Below are positions 35,059 through 37,505 of a DNA stretch of 37,505 nt, piece after piece. The stretch spans positions 1-37,505 of IMG/VR virus record IMGVR_UViG_3300020045_001919; one strand, 5' to 3'. The translations under genes were made by a program, and so were the position numbers. Within the stretch, counting starts at the first letter, position 1, and each line of letters starts with the position of its first letter. Under the pieces are notes generated by a model. That model did no database searches. It was not told where the DNA came from and saw nothing but the letters and a program-made list of their open reading frames with translations. Source of the DNA: a virus. Lineage: Duplodnaviria; Caudoviricetes.

Positions 35059-35477
35059 TAAAAGCCGCGTGCGATTTGCTCTTCTGCATTTTCCCAATCG
35101 GTTCGGCTGGAACCCGGCACAAGCCTGAGTGCCACATTCACCAGCGCATTGTACAGATCGCCAAACTCCGCATCATCCATTTCGCGGAATGACCATGACT
35201 TGGGGATATAGCAGACCTCGCCTGTCAGCGGGTTGACCACCATTTCAACATATCCAGCGCCGATTGTCATGGCTTGCCGTAGCGCGTCCAGTGATGGATA
35301 TTCCGTGTGTGGATATAGCAGATTGAGCAGCGCAAACGCCTTGCGGTGTAGCCTGATATTGCGCGGCATAGAGACGCTAATCTCTATCGTGTCGCCCACC
35401 TTCCAGCGCTTGGGTAATTCCTCCCACGCGAGAGGATGCAGGGCATTTAGGCCAACGCGGGCGAGGATCTTAGCCAT
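35058..35477 (-). CDS. DUF1367-family (NinB/Orf-like) protein
   Basis: PRN..LHRK.FALL, GAGY and PKS.SF..MD..EF..LY motifs. Confidence 0.82.
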   Translation of the reverse strand: MAKILARVGLNALHPLAWEELPKRWKVGDTIEISVSMPRNIRLHRKAFALLNLLYPHTEYPSLDALRQAMTIGAGYVEMVVNPLTGEVCYIPKSWSFREMDDAEFGDLYNALVNVALRLVPGSSRTDWENAEEQIARGF

Positions 35478-35799
35478 CCCAGCCATCCCGCAGTCGCTGG
35501 GCCTCTGCATACAGGTCTATGCCGTGATATTCGGTGAACCCTGCATGGCCAAGCGCCTCCACGGATATGGTCGGTCCGTGCTGTATCATATGGTGTCCCG
35601 GGCAGAGTGGAGACAGCAGCATATGCGACCGCGCAATCCGCTTAAATCCATCGCTGGATACGTGATGCACCGTTGCAGGGCGACCGCACACAAGACATGG
35701 CAGGCTGGCTATATAGGCCATGTATCGCCGCTCTAGTGCCGTAGGTGGCGCACCAGCTTTAGGGCGCATGCGATTGTGGTTAGGTTTCCAGCCCATCAC
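35470..35799 (-). CDS. DUF968/Ref-like His-Cys putative nuclease
   Basis: LPCLVCG....VHH...PLCPGHH pattern. Confidence 0.78.
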   Translation of the reverse strand: MMGWKPNHNRMRPKAGAPPTALERRYMAYIASLPCLVCGRPATVHHVSSDGFKRIARSHMLLSPLCPGHHMIQHGPTISVEALGHAGFTEYHGIDLYAEAQRLRDGWDG

Positions 35800-36482
35800 A
35801 CCACCACCTTTCGTTCTGTCAACAATAGGCCAGGCGCTTTAATACGCTGAACCTTGCCTATTTCGTTCGCCATTTCCAGCAGCGCGGCCAGATACATTTC
35901 GCGCCGGTTCTGCCATAGCCATCGGCCAAACGCTGTAGGATCGGTTAACTCAACATCGTGGACAGTTTTCAGCCCTACAGCTTTGCCAATGCCCTTGACT
36001 TGCACCTTATCCTTCGCGGCTGCATTTGCGATCCTGTCAGCCTTTTGCGCGTCCTTCAGGGCCTCTTCCGCTTCAAACCTTTCGGATAGATCGTCCGTTT
36101 TCAGCGCAGCCTGTGCAGCCTTTAGCTTGTCGTCGGCTTCCTTGCGCAGAGCATCGGCTTTAGATCTCTTCTCAGCCTCGATCTTTGCCAGCCACGGGGC
36201 GAGATAATCCTTCGCCATTTTGGTGCCAGTGTCGCATTTGCTTTGCAGAGGCTTCCACTTGGCTTGAACTTCCTTTCCTGCATCATCGTGCGGCTTCTTT
36301 TCTGCAGCGCGTTCTGCGTCAGCACGTTTCTCAAGCTTGCGGATTGTGTCCATCAGCAGCCCAACATCGTCGGCCTGTGCCTGCGATGTTATCGGTTCGC
36401 CGTCGAGGTAGTTTTTAAGCTCCTCGATAGACTCCTCAATCTGGAGCGATAAATCCTCAAAGGGCGGCGGGTTATTGCTCAT
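35796..36482 (-). CDS. Coiled-coil phage protein following ERF (function unknown)
   Basis: NNPP..., EKKPHDDA.K.VQAKWKP; long helical ORF coupled to ERF. Confidence 0.8.
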   Translation of the reverse strand: MSNNPPPFEDLSLQIEESIEELKNYLDGEPITSQAQADDVGLLMDTIRKLEKRADAERAAEKKPHDDAGKEVQAKWKPLQSKCDTGTKMAKDYLAPWLAKIEAEKRSKADALRKEADDKLKAAQAALKTDDLSERFEAEEALKDAQKADRIANAAAKDKVQVKGIGKAVGLKTVHDVELTDPTAFGRWLWQNRREMYLAALLEMANEIGKVQRIKAPGLLLTERKVVV

Positions 36483-37092
36483 TGCCAAGCTCCTTAAGCT
36501 TTTTGTTCAGGCTGTGCATGATCTCGGCATACATGCCGGTGTTCATCAGGTTGAGCGATTTAATCTTGTAATGAGCGCACGTTTTTGCCTTGTCGCCGCC
36601 CACCTGATCTATAAGCTCGTTGAGCTGCTGTAGCTGTTCTGGCGTGATAAGCTGCTGCGGCAATGACTTCTGTTGCTTAGGCGCTGGTTCACTCGCGGCG
36701 TTGCCATCATCATCCTCAGGGCAGATACCAACGAAAGCGGCGAGGGCATAGCGACGGGCGTATGTCGTGGCGCTGCCATATCCTTGCGCGTCAACCTTTG
36801 AGAGAGGAATGGACAGCGTTTGCCGGATATACTGACCAGATTTATGCAGGAGCATCGTTGTCATGGTCATGCGGTTTTCGATCATTTCACCGGGAGCCTG
36901 CACGACTGATAGCCCGTTCTTCGGGCCAACCTTTTGAAATGCGTCCCATACAGATGATAGGTCAGCATATTTTATTACTTTTCCGCCATTCTTAAATGCC
37001 GGGTTTTCGCTATCCTTCGTTGCGCCTTCGATCTCGCCTTGCGTCAATGCCAAGGCTGTTGCCAATTCGCTTAATTCAGAGCTCGTTTCCAT
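36472..37092 (-). CDS. erf: ERF-family single-strand annealing recombinase
   Basis: K...NP.F...YADL, H.SG, Q.YGSA.TYARRYAL....GI..EDDDGN; AGGAG RBS before ATG 37092 (alternative start 37098). Confidence 0.92.
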   Translation of the reverse strand: METSSELSELATALALTQGEIEGATKDSENPAFKNGGKVIKYADLSSVWDAFQKVGPKNGLSVVQAPGEMIENRMTMTTMLLHKSGQYIRQTLSIPLSKVDAQGYGSATTYARRYALAAFVGICPEDDDGNAASEPAPKQQKSLPQQLITPEQLQQLNELIDQVGGDKAKTCAHYKIKSLNLMNTGMYAEIMHSLNKKLKELGNEQ

Positions 37093-37094
37093 CG

Positions 37095-37460
37095 TCATTC
37101 TCCTGTTGCTTTCTTGATTGCGGCGCGGGCTTGTTCGAGCCAGCCACCGGGATCGCTTGGTACATTCCAAGGGCCACCCTCTTTGCCGTATTTCGAGACC
37201 GCGTATTGCAAAGCCTCCAGCAGATCGGTTTCAATCGCACGGGTGTTCCATGCGGTGATGGCCTCGGCTTTAGTTTGATAACCGCCCACGATGCCACTGC
37301 GGCTTACCGCTCCGCACTTCACGCAATTGACGTAAAATGCTTCAGTTATCGGCACTTCGCCGGGCCACCATGTATCGTGCATTGGTGTAGAATACCGGAT
37401 ATGACCGGCATCACTTGCCTCACCCCCACAGAATGGGCACGGCTTTAGCTTATCAGTCAT
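37095..37460 (-). CDS. Lar-family restriction alleviation protein
   Basis: LKPCPFCGG...V.C..CGA...EAI.AWN.R; GAGGGG RBS before ATG 37460. Confidence 0.85.
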   Translation of the reverse strand: MTDKLKPCPFCGGEASDAGHIRYSTPMHDTWWPGEVPITEAFYVNCVKCGAVSRSGIVGGYQTKAEAITAWNTRAIETDLLEALQYAVSKYGKEGGPWNVPSDPGGWLEQARAAIKKATGE

Positions 37461-37505
37461 TGCTGCGCCCCTCTGCTTTGGCGATTGCTGCAAAGGCTTT
37501 CCCAG

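Larger units (their letters stand above)
1..37505 (-). mobile_element. Podovirus-like phage/prophage genome segment (early, replication, packaging, virion and start of lysis modules)
   Basis: Dense, translationally coupled minus-strand ORFs encoding terminase, portal, capsid, tail tube, ejection proteins, tailspike, primase-helicase, ERF and SSB. No host housekeeping genes. Both ends are truncated. Confidence 0.97.

Noticed and set aside
1-37505. Integrase, att site, repressor, tRNA, CRISPR array, phage RNA or DNA polymerase
   Set aside because: None recognised. Lifestyle (temperate or lytic) cannot be decided from this window.

Overview
The whole window is one co-directional (all minus-strand) segment of a tailed dsDNA phage or prophage with a podovirus (T7/BPP-1-type) virion module. 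The host is probably an alphaproteobacterium, inferred from a GapR/DUF2312 gene. Reading right to left: recombination/nin-like genes (Lar-like, ERF, DUF968-like, DUF1367), GapR-like, VRR-NUC, SSB, HTH regulators, a DUF1376 initiator with internal iterons, a split Zn-finger/primase-helicase, a run of small accessory ORFs, a putative late regulator, TerS, TerL carrying a 156-aa class-3-type mini-intein in its P-loop, two gp7.3-like paralogues, portal, scaffold, capsid, tail tube A/B, ejection proteins, tailspike and the start of a probable lysis region. Highlights: (1) a 2379-aa ejection protein carrying ART-like, GNAT and HExxH modules bounded by Y-x-Q/YQ motifs; (2) three matching late-promoter-like elements, each overlapping a stop codon and followed by a hairpin; (3) a mutually exclusive RNA-structure switch over the RBS of the replication operon; (4) a cluster of possible host cell-cycle regulator mimics; (5) an unannotated 30-aa Lys-rich microprotein coupled to a membrane protein. 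No integrase, repressor, tRNA or CRISPR array was seen. Family assignments come from motif recognition by eye, not database searches.
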